From: Pseudomonadota bacterium
GTDB lineage: Bacteria > Pseudomonadota > Alphaproteobacteria > Acetobacterales > Acetobacteraceae
Length of the DNA stretch: 30,516 bases
Assembly: GCA_023390705.1 (NCBI GenBank)
Contig: JAEWCI010000148.1
Coordinates: 1-30,516 of the forward strand
Reading direction: 5' to 3'
Shown here: in pieces, positions 8,866 through 17,302 of the stretch
Numbering within the stretch: position 1 is the stretch's first letter
How the letters are laid out: each line of letters starts with the position of its first letter
Position numbers and translations under genes: made by a program
The notes under the pieces: model-generated
The model's input: only the letters and a program-made list of their open reading frames with translations
The model's database searches: none
What the model was told of the DNA's origin: nothing

Positions 8866-10272
8866 ATGACCCATACGCTGACGACGCTGGCCTATCTGGT
8901 CGCCTCGGTCCTCTTCATCCTGGCGCTGCGTGGGCTTTCCCACCCGGAGACCAGCCGCCAGGGCAATCTCTTCGGCATGATCGGCATGGGCATCGCGGTG
9001 GTCGCGACCCTGCTGAGGCCAGGCATGGAGCCGGGCGGCATCGTGCTGGTGCTGGTCGCGCTGGCGATCGGCGGCGGCATCGGCGCCGTGGTGGCCCAGC
9101 GCATCCAGATGACGGCGCTGCCGCAGCTCGTGGCAGCCTTCCATTCCCTGGTCGGCATGGCCGCGGTCTTCGTCGCGGCCGCCGCCTTCTACGCGCCGGA
9201 AAGCTTCGGCATCGGCCATGCCGGGGACATCCATACCGCCTCCCTGGTGGAGATGTCGCTCGGCCTGGCGATCGGCGCCATCACCTTCTCGGGCTCGGTC
9301 ATCGCCTTCCTCAAGCTGGCGGGGCGGATGTCCGGCGCGCCCATCGTCTTCAACGGGCAGCACTGGCTGAACCTCGCGCTCGGCATCCTGCTGCTGGTGC
9401 TGGTCATCGCCTTCGTCTCCACCGGCAACGGGGCGCTGTTCTGGCTGATCGCCCTGCTTTCCTTCGCATTGGGCTTTCTGCTGATTATCCCGATCGGCGG
9501 CGCCGACATGCCGGTGGTGGTCTCCATGCTGAACAGCTATTCCGGCTGGGCGGCGGCGGGCATCGGCTTCACCCTGCAGAACCTGCTGCTGATCGTCACC
9601 GGCGCGCTGGTCGGCGCCTCGGGCGCCATCCTCTCCTACATCATGTGCAAGGGGATGAACCGCAGCATCATCAACGTGCTGCTGGGCGGCTTCGGCAGCG
9701 AGGGCGGCGCCGCGGCGGCCGGTGCGGGTGCCGCGGACCGCGCCCCGGTGAAGGCCGGTAGCCCGGAGGACGCCGCCTACATCATGAAGAACGCGCAGAA
9801 GATCATCGTCGTGCCCGGCTATGGCATGGCGGTGGCCCAGGCCCAGCAGGTGCTGCGCGAGATGGCCGACCTGCTGAAGAAGGAAGGCGTCGAGATTTCC
9901 TACGCCATTCACCCCGTCGCCGGCCGCATGCCCGGCCACATGAACGTGCTGCTGGCCGAGGCCAATGTGCCCTATGACGAGGTGAAGGAGCTGGAGGAGA
10001 TCAACCCCGAATTCGCCGAGGCGGATGTGGCCTATGTGATCGGCGCCAACGACGTGACCAACCCGGCGGCCAAGACCGACAAGTCCTCCGCCATCTACGG
10101 CATGCCGATCCTGGACGTGGAGCGCGCCAAGACGGTGTTCTTCGTCAAGCGCGGCATGTCCAGCGGCTATGCCGGGGTGGAGAACGAGCTGTTCTTCCGC
10201 CCCAACACCATGATGCTGTTCGGCGACGCCAAGAAGGTGACGCAGGAGATCGTGCAGGCGCTGCAAAGGTAG
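8866..10272 (+). CDS. pntB: NAD(P) transhydrogenase beta subunit
   Basis: PQLVAAFHSLVG, IGGADMPVVVSMLNSYSGW, VPGYGMAVAQAQ, HPVAGRMPGHMNVLLAEA, GANDVTNPAA, SGYAGVENELF. Confidence 0.97.
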   Translation: MTHTLTTLAYLVASVLFILALRGLSHPETSRQGNLFGMIGMGIAVVATLLRPGMEPGGIVLVLVALAIGGGIGAVVAQRIQMTALPQLVAAFHSLVGMAAVFVAAAAFYAPESFGIGHAGDIHTASLVEMSLGLAIGAITFSGSVIAFLKLAGRMSGAPIVFNGQHWLNLALGILLLVLVIAFVSTGNGALFWLIALLSFALGFLLIIPIGGADMPVVVSMLNSYSGWAAAGIGFTLQNLLLIVTGALVGASGAILSYIMCKGMNRSIINVLLGGFGSEGGAAAAGAGAADRAPVKAGSPEDAAYIMKNAQKIIVVPGYGMAVAQAQQVLREMADLLKKEGVEISYAIHPVAGRMPGHMNVLLAEANVPYDEVKELEEINPEFAEADVAYVIGANDVTNPAAKTDKSSAIYGMPILDVERAKTVFFVKRGMSSGYAGVENELFFRPNTMMLFGDAKKVTQEIVQALQR

Positions 10273-10298
10273 CGCGCCCGCGCGACCCAGGGCTTCAG

Positions 10299-10332
10299 GA
10301 GCCCCCGCCCGCTATCCGGGTGGGGGCTTTTT
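10299..10332 (+). terminator. Intrinsic terminator of the pnt operon
   Basis: Stem agcccccgccc / gggtgggggct followed by a T run, 26 nt after the pntB stop. Confidence 0.85.
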
Positions 10333-10382
10333 CATGCGCGCCAGTCTTGGCGACCAGGGTGCCACCGTTGCAGCCTGCCACC

Positions 10383-12866
10383 ATGTCCGCGCCGCCTGCC
10401 GACCATTTCTGGACCGAGCCCCTGCCATCGCTGCTCCGGCGCCTGGGGGCTGCACCGACCGGCCTCTCCACCGCCGAGGCCGCCCGCCGCCTTGCCACGC
10501 ATGGCCGCAACACGGTGGCGGAGGCGCCGCGGCTGCATCTGCTGGTCATGCTTGGCCGCCGGCTGGCGGAGCCACTGGTGCTGATTCTGCTGGTCGCCGC
10601 CCTGGTTTCCGGCCTGACCGGCGACTGGCCGGGCTTCGGCATCATCCTGGCGATCATCGGTGCCTCCGTGGCGATGGATGTGACGCAGGAGCACCGCGCC
10701 GAACGGGCTGCCGCCCGGCTGCGCGACAGCGTCGCGGTGCGGGTCATCGCAGTGCGCGACGGCGCGCCCGTCTCCCTGCCGGCGGCGGCGCTGGTGCCGG
10801 GCGATGTGGTGGAACTGGCCGCCGGTGCCCTGGTGCCGGCGGATGGCGTGGTGCTGGCCAGCCAGGGTGCCCAGGTGAACGAGGCACTGCTGACCGGGGA
10901 GCCCTATCCTGTCGGGAAGCGCCCTGGTGCCTCCGGGGGCGCGACTCCTGCCGAGGCGTTCAACGCGCTGTTCTCCGGCACGGCCCTGGTGGCTGGCAGC
11001 ACCGCCATGCTGGTGGTGAACACGGGTCATGCCACGCGGCTGGGGGGTGTCGCCGCCGCGCTGGCCTCCCGCCGGCCGCCTACCGCCTTCGAACGCGGGT
11101 TGCACGGGCTGGGCCTGCTGATCCTGCGGCTGACCGCCTTCCTGGTGCTCTTCGTGCTGCTGGCACACCTCGTCTTCCACCGGCCGGCGCTGGAAAGCTT
11201 CCTCTTCGCCATTGCCCTGGCGGTGGGGCTGACGCCGGAATTGCTGCCGATGGTGACCACCGTCACCCTGACGCGGGGCGCACTGCGCATGGCGACGAAG
11301 CGGGTGGTGGTGAAGCGGTTGGCCGCCATCCACGACCTCGGTGCCATGGACGTGCTCTGCACCGACAAGACCGGCACTTTGACGGAGGCGCGAATCGCCC
11401 TGGCCGAGGCCACCGGCCCGGATGGTGCCCCGGACCCGGCTGTCCTGCATCTCGCGGCGCTGAACGCCGAGTTGGCCTCGGCCAGCCGCACGCCGATCGA
11501 TGATGCGATCCTGGCCGCCGCCGGGGCCGAGGCCACTGCCGGTTGGCACCTGCTGGCGGAACTGCCCTTCAGCTTTGAGCGCCGCCGCTCCGCCGTTCTC
11601 TGCACCGATGGCGCGCGCCGGCTTCTGGTGGTGAAGGGCGCGCCGGAGGCCGTCCTCGCTATCTGCCCTGCCGCCGATCGTGCCGCGCTGCTGGCCCGGG
11701 CGGAGGCAAGCGGCGCCGCCGGCCTGCGGCTGCTTGGCATCGCCTGGCGGGAGGTGGCGGAAGACGAGGACTGCACCACCCCGGCGGCGGAGCGCGACCT
11801 GAGCTTCGCCGGATTCTGCGCCTTCCTCGACCCGCCGAAACCCAGCGCCGCCGCTGCCGTGGCGCGGCTGGCAAGGCTTGGCGTGCGGGTGAAGATCCTT
11901 TCGGGCGACGCCGCCCCAGTAGTGCGACACCTGGTCGAAAGCCTCGGCCTGCCCTGCCGGGGCATGCTGACCGGCGAGGAGGTAGAGGCGCTGGACAGCC
12001 CCGGCCTGCAGGCGCGGGTGCAGGAGGTGGACCTCTTTGCCCGGCTTTCGCCAGACCAGAAGCGGCGGGTGATCCTGGCGCTGAAGGGGCGCGGCCATAC
12101 GGTGGGCTTCATCGGCGACGGCATCAACGACGCGCCGGCCATCCATGCCGCCGATGCCGGGCTTTCCGTGGCAGGCGCCACCGGGGTGGCGCGCGCCGCC
12201 GCCGACCTCATCCTGCTGTCGCCCGACCTTGGCGTGCTGGCGGATGGCGTGGCGGAAGGCCGCCGCACCTATGCGAATATCATGAAATACATACGCATGG
12301 GCACCAGCAGCAATTTCGGTAACATGCTCTCCATGGCGGTGGCTTCCTTGGCCATTCCCTTCCTGCCGCTGCTGCCGGGGCAGATCCTGCTCAACAACCT
12401 GCTCTATGACATCTCCGAAACCGGCATCCCCTTCGATGCCGTGGACGAGGCCGACCTGGCCCGGCCGCATGGCTGGGACATGGCTGCGGTGCTGCGCTTC
12501 ACCCTGGTGATGGGGCCGCTCTCATCCCTCTTCGACCTGGCGACCTTCGCGCTCCTGCTCTGGGGCTTCGGCGCGACGGCTGAGGAATTCCGCACCGCCT
12601 GGTTCATCGAAAGCATGGCGACGCAGGTGCTGGTCATCTTCCTGATCCGTAGCGCCGGCCCGGCCTGGCGCGCGGCGCCGCCGCACAGGATGCTGGTGGC
12701 GAGTTCCCTTGGCGCGCTGGCCCTGGCCCTGGCGCTCGCGCTGGGGCCGCTGGCGCCGGTGCTGGGCTTCGCCCCGCTGCCCGGCGCGATGCTGGCCGCC
12801 ATCGGAGTGCTGGTGGTGCTGTACCTGGTGGGTGCGGAGGCGCTGAAGCGGTTCGCGGTGCGCTGA
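10383..12866 (+). CDS. mgtA: Magnesium-translocating P-type ATPase (P3B)
   Basis: LTGEP, AVGLTPELLP, DVLCTDKTGTLT phosphorylation site, PFSFERRR, KGAPE, GDGIND, KYIRMGTSSNFGNMLS and NNLLYD typical of MgtA/MgtB. Confidence 0.92.
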   Translation: MSAPPADHFWTEPLPSLLRRLGAAPTGLSTAEAARRLATHGRNTVAEAPRLHLLVMLGRRLAEPLVLILLVAALVSGLTGDWPGFGIILAIIGASVAMDVTQEHRAERAAARLRDSVAVRVIAVRDGAPVSLPAAALVPGDVVELAAGALVPADGVVLASQGAQVNEALLTGEPYPVGKRPGASGGATPAEAFNALFSGTALVAGSTAMLVVNTGHATRLGGVAAALASRRPPTAFERGLHGLGLLILRLTAFLVLFVLLAHLVFHRPALESFLFAIALAVGLTPELLPMVTTVTLTRGALRMATKRVVVKRLAAIHDLGAMDVLCTDKTGTLTEARIALAEATGPDGAPDPAVLHLAALNAELASASRTPIDDAILAAAGAEATAGWHLLAELPFSFERRRSAVLCTDGARRLLVVKGAPEAVLAICPAADRAALLARAEASGAAGLRLLGIAWREVAEDEDCTTPAAERDLSFAGFCAFLDPPKPSAAAAVARLARLGVRVKILSGDAAPVVRHLVESLGLPCRGMLTGEEVEALDSPGLQARVQEVDLFARLSPDQKRRVILALKGRGHTVGFIGDGINDAPAIHAADAGLSVAGATGVARAAADLILLSPDLGVLADGVAEGRRTYANIMKYIRMGTSSNFGNMLSMAVASLAIPFLPLLPGQILLNNLLYDISETGIPFDAVDEADLARPHGWDMAAVLRFTLVMGPLSSLFDLATFALLLWGFGATAEEFRTAWFIESMATQVLVIFLIRSAGPAWRAAPPHRMLVASSLGALALALALALGPLAPVLGFAPLPGAMLAAIGVLVVLYLVGAEALKRFAVR

Positions 12867-12868
12867 AC

Positions 12869-13660
12869 CTACTCCCCCCGGAATACCGGCCGGCGCTTCG
12901 CGGCGAAGGCGCGCACACCCTCCTTGCCATCGGCGGTCATCGCCATGGCGGCGATGCCGCGGGCCTCGCGCTCCATCTGGCCTTCCAGGCTGTCCTGCGG
13001 CGCCATTTGAAGCAGCTTCTTCACCATGCCATGCGCCTCGGTCGGACCCTGGGCGAGTCCTGTCGCCAGGGCGCCCGCCTTCTCCAGCAGCGCCTCGGGC
13101 GGGACCACCTGGTTCACCAGGCCCCAGTCCAGCGCCTCGGCGGCCGAGAGGGTGCGGTTGGTCAGGAACAATTCCGTCGCCCGCCGAGTGCCGATGATGC
13201 GGGAGAGGAACCAGGTGCCGCTGCCATCGGGGGAAAGACCGATGCCGGTATAGGCGCTGGTGAAGCGCGCCTTCTCGCTCGCCACCACCAGGTCGCAGGC
13301 CGCCACCAGGCTCAACCCGGCCCCGGCCGCCACGCCGCCCACTGCGCCGATGACCGGCGCCCGCATCCAGGCGAGGCGGGAGATGGCCATGTGATACGCC
13401 GCGGTCATGCGCTGCAGCAGCAGCGGCGCTTCCTCCCCCGCCGCGGCGAAACCGGCGACATCGCCGCCGGCGCAAAAGGCCTTGTCGCCGGCGCCGGTGA
13501 TGAGGGCCGCGCGCACCCGCCTTTCGGTGCTGACGCGGTTGGCGATGTCGAGGAATTCCTCCATCGCCGGCAGATCCATGGCATTGAGGCTGGCCGGGCG
13601 GTTGATGGTGATCCAGGCCACGCCTTCGCGCAGTTCGTAGCTCATCGCCTGGTAGGTCAT
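12869..13660 (-). CDS. Enoyl-CoA hydratase/isomerase family protein (PaaG-like)
   Basis: ITINRP..LNA, AFCAGGDV, G.AAGAGLSL..ACD, IGLSPDGSG, A.EALDWGLVN, EGVRAFAAKRRPVF; SD ggagg before ATG 13660. The longer ORF-track start is spurious. Confidence 0.92.
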   Translation of the reverse strand: MTYQAMSYELREGVAWITINRPASLNAMDLPAMEEFLDIANRVSTERRVRAALITGAGDKAFCAGGDVAGFAAAGEEAPLLLQRMTAAYHMAISRLAWMRAPVIGAVGGVAAGAGLSLVAACDLVVASEKARFTSAYTGIGLSPDGSGTWFLSRIIGTRRATELFLTNRTLSAAEALDWGLVNQVVPPEALLEKAGALATGLAQGPTEAHGMVKKLLQMAPQDSLEGQMEREARGIAAMAMTADGKEGVRAFAAKRRPVFRGE

Positions 13661-13681
13661 GCGCCTGTCCTCCGCATCGCG

Positions 13682-13851
13682 GTGTTCAGGGTAGAGCGTG
13701 ATCGCTTGAGGCGGGATCGCCGAAAAGCGTGAATCACGCGACAGGACGGAGCATGATCGCTTGAGGCGGGTCGCCGGCGAGCGTGAATCGCGAGAGAAAA
13801 CAGAACGCCGGATCAGGATCGTTGCTTCTATCTGCCTCGATCCTGATCCAG
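13682..13851. repeat. Bipartite palindromic intergenic repeat, copy C, with tandemly duplicated left half
   Basis: About 55-bp tandem unit with exact 17-mer tgatcgcttgaggcggg at 13699 and 13754; GANTC at 13731 and 13785; shares ggatcgccgaaaRgcgtgaa and gtgttcagggt with copy A; perfect 12-bp IR ggatcaggatcg 13810-13821 / cgatcctgatcc 13838-13849. Confidence 0.7.
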
Positions 13852-14778
13852 CCCGCCGGGCCAGCCCGGGGCAGAGAGGGGCTGGCCGGGCGCGGCGCGG
13901 TTGAAATTGCTCCAGGTGCGGCAATCCACCATCTGCCAGTCCGGCGCTGGCGGGCCGGAGAGGGTGATCTCCGGGCAGCGGGCCGATTCGGCGATCAGCC
14001 GCGCGCGTGATTCCAGCCCTTCGCGGCGGCCGAGGGCGGGGTTTTCCCAGCGCTCCCAGCGCAGCAGGCCGAGATGGCGCCCGAACCAGAAGCGCTCCAG
14101 ATGATGCGCATTGCCGATCCCGGTGCCGGCGTAATGCTCGCTGACCAGGGCTTCCACCGGCGCGCTGGCGGTGGCGCCACTGGCCGCATCGCGCCAGGGC
14201 AGGGCAAGGTGCGCCAGCCGCCAGCGGGTCAGGCTGGGGCCGAAGCTGCGCGGGCAGGCATCGGGCGTCCGGGCGATGTTCAGCCGCACCAGCCGTTGCT
14301 GCCAGGATTCGGACAATGGGGCGGCGGCCAGCAGCCAGCCGGCATCGCAATCCGGCCCCAACAGCCATTGCCGGCCGCCGCTGCCGTCCTCCGTCAGGAT
14401 CAGTGCGGCATCGGTGCCGCGCAGCACCACGGCCTGCCCGCCATCGCCCAGGCCGCGGTCATAGCGGCCGAAGGCACGGCGCGTGTCGCCGAAATCCAAG
14501 CTCTGCAGGATGGCGGGGCGGCCGAGCAGGCTGCCGCGCAGCGAATCGCTGGCCTGATAGCCGAGTGGCAGGGCGGCCGCGTGTTGCCGGGCTGGCCAAT
14601 CGTGCTTGCGCCAGGGCAGGGGAGTGCCTTGCTCCAGCGGATGGAGGCGCTCGCAGCCCGGCTCGAAGGGTAGGCGACCCGGCTGCACCGCGCCGGCCCG
14701 GTCCAGGCAGGCCGATTGCACGAGGAAGGGCAACAGCTCGTCGGCCGGGGCCGCCGCCAGGGGGCGGGCCAGTGCCAA
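13828..14778 (-). CDS. Hypothetical, probably exported Trp/Cys-containing protein
   Basis: 316-aa ORF with high GC3, six spaced Cys, protein-like composition (SEHY..., HHLERFWFG..LG..RWERWE); hydrophobic signal-like N-terminus; start uncertain. Confidence 0.7.
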   Translation of the reverse strand: MALARPLAAAPADELLPFLVQSACLDRAGAVQPGRLPFEPGCERLHPLEQGTPLPWRKHDWPARQHAAALPLGYQASDSLRGSLLGRPAILQSLDFGDTRRAFGRYDRGLGDGGQAVVLRGTDAALILTEDGSGGRQWLLGPDCDAGWLLAAAPLSESWQQRLVRLNIARTPDACPRSFGPSLTRWRLAHLALPWRDAASGATASAPVEALVSEHYAGTGIGNAHHLERFWFGRHLGLLRWERWENPALGRREGLESRARLIAESARCPEITLSGPPAPDWQMVDCRTWSNFNRAAPGQPLSAPGWPGGLDQDRGR

Positions 14779-14891
14779 TCCCAGAAAAAGCGAAACCGCG
14801 GCCCGCGGGATGACCCGCGCCGCGGTTGCTCGGTCGTCGCGTTCGCCGCCTCGCGGCGGCGGTCCTTCGTGCGGGCGCGAACCGGGACGGC

Positions 14892-15095
14892 TTAGAAGCC
14901 CTCGCGTTCCAGCCGCTTGCGCTCCACCTTGCGGGCGCGGCGGACGGCCTCAGCGGCCTCGCGGGCGCGGCGCTCGGACGGCTTTTCATAATGCCGGCGG
15001 AGCTTCATCTCACGGAAGACGCCTTCGCGCTGCAGCTTCTTCTTGAGCGCCTTCAGCGCCTGATCAATGTTGTTGTCACGAACGACGACTTGCAC
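14892..15095 (-). CDS. rpsU: 30S ribosomal protein S21
   Basis: [43 protein letters not shown] at 15095 with SD aggagg at 15105-15110. Confidence 0.98.
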   Translation of the reverse strand: MQVVVRDNNIDQALKALKKKLQREGVFREMKLRRHYEKPSERRAREAAEAVRRARKVERKRLEREGF

Positions 15096-15313
15096 GCGGC
15101 ACAACCTCCTGGGGCTGTATGAGGAAGCAGGAATCGCCGCACCGTGGCCAGGGTTCCGCGGAAGCCCGGCCCGAAACAGGCCGGAGTCCCGCGCGCCCTG
15201 CCCAACTCGGCGCGGAGAGAAAAGCCCTTTAGCACGGCTTCGCGGCGTGCCGGAAGCCCTCCCCGTTGCCGATCCGTATGCCTAATTTGCGAATTCCCTG
15301 GAGGGGAGCCGCC

Positions 15314-15829
15314 ATGGCCATCCTGAAGATCGCCCGCATGGGCCACCCGGTGCTGCTGCGCGAGGCCGAGCCGGTGTCCGATCCCACCTCGCCCGAGATC
15401 CGCCGGCTGATCGCCGACATGGCGGAAACCATGCAGGACGCCAATGGCATAGGCTTGGCGGCGCCGCAGGTGCATGTGCCTCTAAGGTTGTTCGTGTGGC
15501 GCAACGGGCCGGGAATTTCCGCGCTGCTGAACCCGGAACTGGAGGAACTGGGCGAGGAGACCGAATCGGCCTGGGAGGGTTGCCTCTCCATCCCCGGCCT
15601 GCGCGGCTGCGTCACCCGGCCGAAGCGCATCCGCTTCCGTGGCCTGGACGGCAATGGCAACCCGGTGGAGGGCGAGGCCGAAGGGTTGGCCGCGCGCGTC
15701 ATCCAGCATGAGACCGACCATTTGGACGGCGTGCTCTACACCATGCGGATGGATGATTTCTCCCTCTTCGGCTTCACCGAGGAACTGGCCCGCGCGGCGG
15801 AGCTGGCGCGGGAGGCAAGGACGACATGA
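15314..15829 (+). CDS. def: Peptide deformylase
   Basis: Three PDF motifs GIGLAAPQV, EGCLS and QHETDHLDG; SD gggga before ATG 15314. Confidence 0.97.
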   Translation: MAILKIARMGHPVLLREAEPVSDPTSPEIRRLIADMAETMQDANGIGLAAPQVHVPLRLFVWRNGPGISALLNPELEELGEETESAWEGCLSIPGLRGCVTRPKRIRFRGLDGNGNPVEGEAEGLAARVIQHETDHLDGVLYTMRMDDFSLFGFTEELARAAELAREARTT

Positions 15830-16425
15830 CCGAGCGGGACGAGACGCGGGACCGCATCATCCACGCCCTGTTGCCGATTGCGGCCTTGCGCGGCTGGAAC
15901 GGCGCCAGCCTCCGCGCCGCCTGCCGCGCGGCAGGCAAGGACCCGGCCCTGGCAGAGAGCCATTTCCCCACCGGCGCGACCGGCGCCATCGCCGCCTGGA
16001 GCGCGCTGCTGGACCGGGACATGGCGGAGGCCGCGGCACGGGAGGATCTGGCGGCGCGGCGCATCCCGGCCCGCATCCGCAGGCTGGTCGAATTGCGGCT
16101 GGGCCTGCTCGCGCCGCACAAGACAGCGTTTCGCCGGGCCATGGCGGTGCTGGCGCTGCCCTGGAATACGCCGCTGACCCTGCGCATCGCGGCAAACAGT
16201 GCCGATGCCATCTGGTACGCGGCCGGAGACACCTCCGCAGATTTTTCCTGGTACACCCGGCGCGCTTCGCTGGCGGCCATCCATGCCGCCACCCTGGCCT
16301 TCTGGCTGCGCGACGACGACCAGGATCTTGAGGCAACGCTCGCCTTCCTCGACCGGCGTTTGGCCGACTTGGCCCGTTTGCAGCGGCGCAACAGGCCGGG
16401 GCTGCGGCCGGTCACGAGCGGGTGA
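15826..16425 (+). CDS. COQ9 family (rpsU-divergently transcribed) protein
   Basis: DAIWYAAGDTSADFSWYTRRASLAAI and T.AFLDRRL C-terminal COQ9 signature; position divergent from rpsU; ATGA overlap with def. Confidence 0.88.
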   Translation: MTERDETRDRIIHALLPIAALRGWNGASLRAACRAAGKDPALAESHFPTGATGAIAAWSALLDRDMAEAAAREDLAARRIPARIRRLVELRLGLLAPHKTAFRRAMAVLALPWNTPLTLRIAANSADAIWYAAGDTSADFSWYTRRASLAAIHAATLAFWLRDDDQDLEATLAFLDRRLADLARLQRRNRPGLRPVTSG

Positions 16426-16440
16426 CCCGGACGGCGGCCG

Positions 16441-16465
16441 GGAAAGTCATCGCCGGGGCGACGTT
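16441..16465 (+). promoter_or_regulatory. EcfG-like promoter candidate (one mismatch)
   Basis: GGAAA-N16-CGTT versus consensus GGAAC-N16/17-CGTT, ending 32 nt upstream of the small ORF. Confidence 0.35.
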
Positions 16466-16497
16466 GGCAGGGCATTGGAACGCAATGGAAGGTTCAG

Positions 16498-16575
16498 ATG
16501 CGTGGCATCCTGCTCTGGCTGCTCGGGATTCCCATCCCGATCATCATCCTCCTCTACCTCTTTAACGTCTTTTAG
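16498..16575 (+). CDS. 25-aa hydrophobic small membrane protein MRGILLWLLGIPIPIIILLYLFNVF
   Basis: ATG 16498 preceded by ggaagg; TAG at 16573-16575; mostly C/G-ending codons; single TM-length hydrophobic stretch. Below the ORF-track cutoff. Confidence 0.75.
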   Translation: MRGILLWLLGIPIPIIILLYLFNVF

Positions 16576-16631
16576 CCACAAGCGACTGATATAGAAGGAA
16601 ACCCCCGGACAGAATCGCACTTCCCGTCGGC

Positions 16632-16664
16632 CTGCCCCCGGGTGTAGAAACGATCCGGGGGCAG
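16632..16664. terminator. Hairpin downstream of the small ORF
   Basis: Perfect 10-bp IR ctgcccccgg / ccgggggcag; no clear U-tail. Confidence 0.35.
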
Positions 16665-16721
16665 CCGTATCGCGGGGGCGCGAGGGATGGCTGCCCCGAC
16701 CAGCGTGGGGGCGCTGTCATC

Positions 16722-17198
16722 ATGTCCTTTCGTACAATCCTGGCGGGCCTGGCAGCCGCAGCGGTCGCGCTGCCTGCCATGGCGTCGCCATGCCTGCAGC
16801 CTGCCGAGCAGTCCGGGTTTCATCTGCACGCCTTTCAGAGCCAGCTGATGGTGGCGGCCCTGAATTGCCGGCAGGAAGACGGCTACAACAGCTTCGTCCG
16901 CCGCTTCCAGCCGGATTTGCGCGGTGCGTACCGGCATGTGAACAATCATTTCCGCCGCGCCGGCGGGGTGCGCAAGCTGGATGAATATATCACCAATCTG
17001 GCGAATGCACAGTCGCAGGAGGGAATCCGCCAGGGGGCAGCCTTCTGCAACAACATGGCGCCGGTCTGGCAGCAGGTGCTGGCGTTGCCGAATGGCAGGG
17101 AGCTGGCCCGCTACGCTTCCGAACGGCCACAGCCGAGCGGCGTCTACAACGCCGAGGCCTGCCCGATCCGCAGTGCCGCGGCGCGGCCCCGTCGCTGA
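16722..17198 (+). CDS. Hypothetical exported protein with four Cys
   Basis: Signal peptide MSFRTILAGLAAAAVALPAMA; QLMVAALNC, YNSFV..F, LD.YIT.LAN, FC motifs resemble a conserved alphaproteobacterial hypothetical family. Confidence 0.8.
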   Translation: MSFRTILAGLAAAAVALPAMASPCLQPAEQSGFHLHAFQSQLMVAALNCRQEDGYNSFVRRFQPDLRGAYRHVNNHFRRAGGVRKLDEYITNLANAQSQEGIRQGAAFCNNMAPVWQQVLALPNGRELARYASERPQPSGVYNAEACPIRSAAARPRR

Positions 17199-17202
17199 AC
17201 AA

Positions 17203-17296
17203 CGCTGCCCCTCGCGGCCTGGGGCAGCGAGGGGCGGATCCATGAGCCGGGAAGGTAGGGGAGAGTGGCAGGGGAACCGGTGGTGCCTCTGCCACT
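17203..17296. terminator. Two hairpins between convergent genes
   Basis: cgctgcccc 17203-17211 / ggggcagcg 17221-17229, and agtggcagggg 17264-17274 / cctctgccact 17286-17296. Confidence 0.55.
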
Positions 17297-17302
17297 TGGT
17301 GG

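Noticed and set aside
13694..13800. Direct repeats as a mini CRISPR array
   Set aside because: Only two units, the would-be spacers are similar to each other, and there are no cas genes; better explained as a duplicated palindromic element.
12869..14368. 499-aa extended enoyl-CoA hydratase fusion
   Set aside because: The extension crosses a repeat and another gene in a different frame; a clear SD and ATG at 13660 give a normal-length enzyme.
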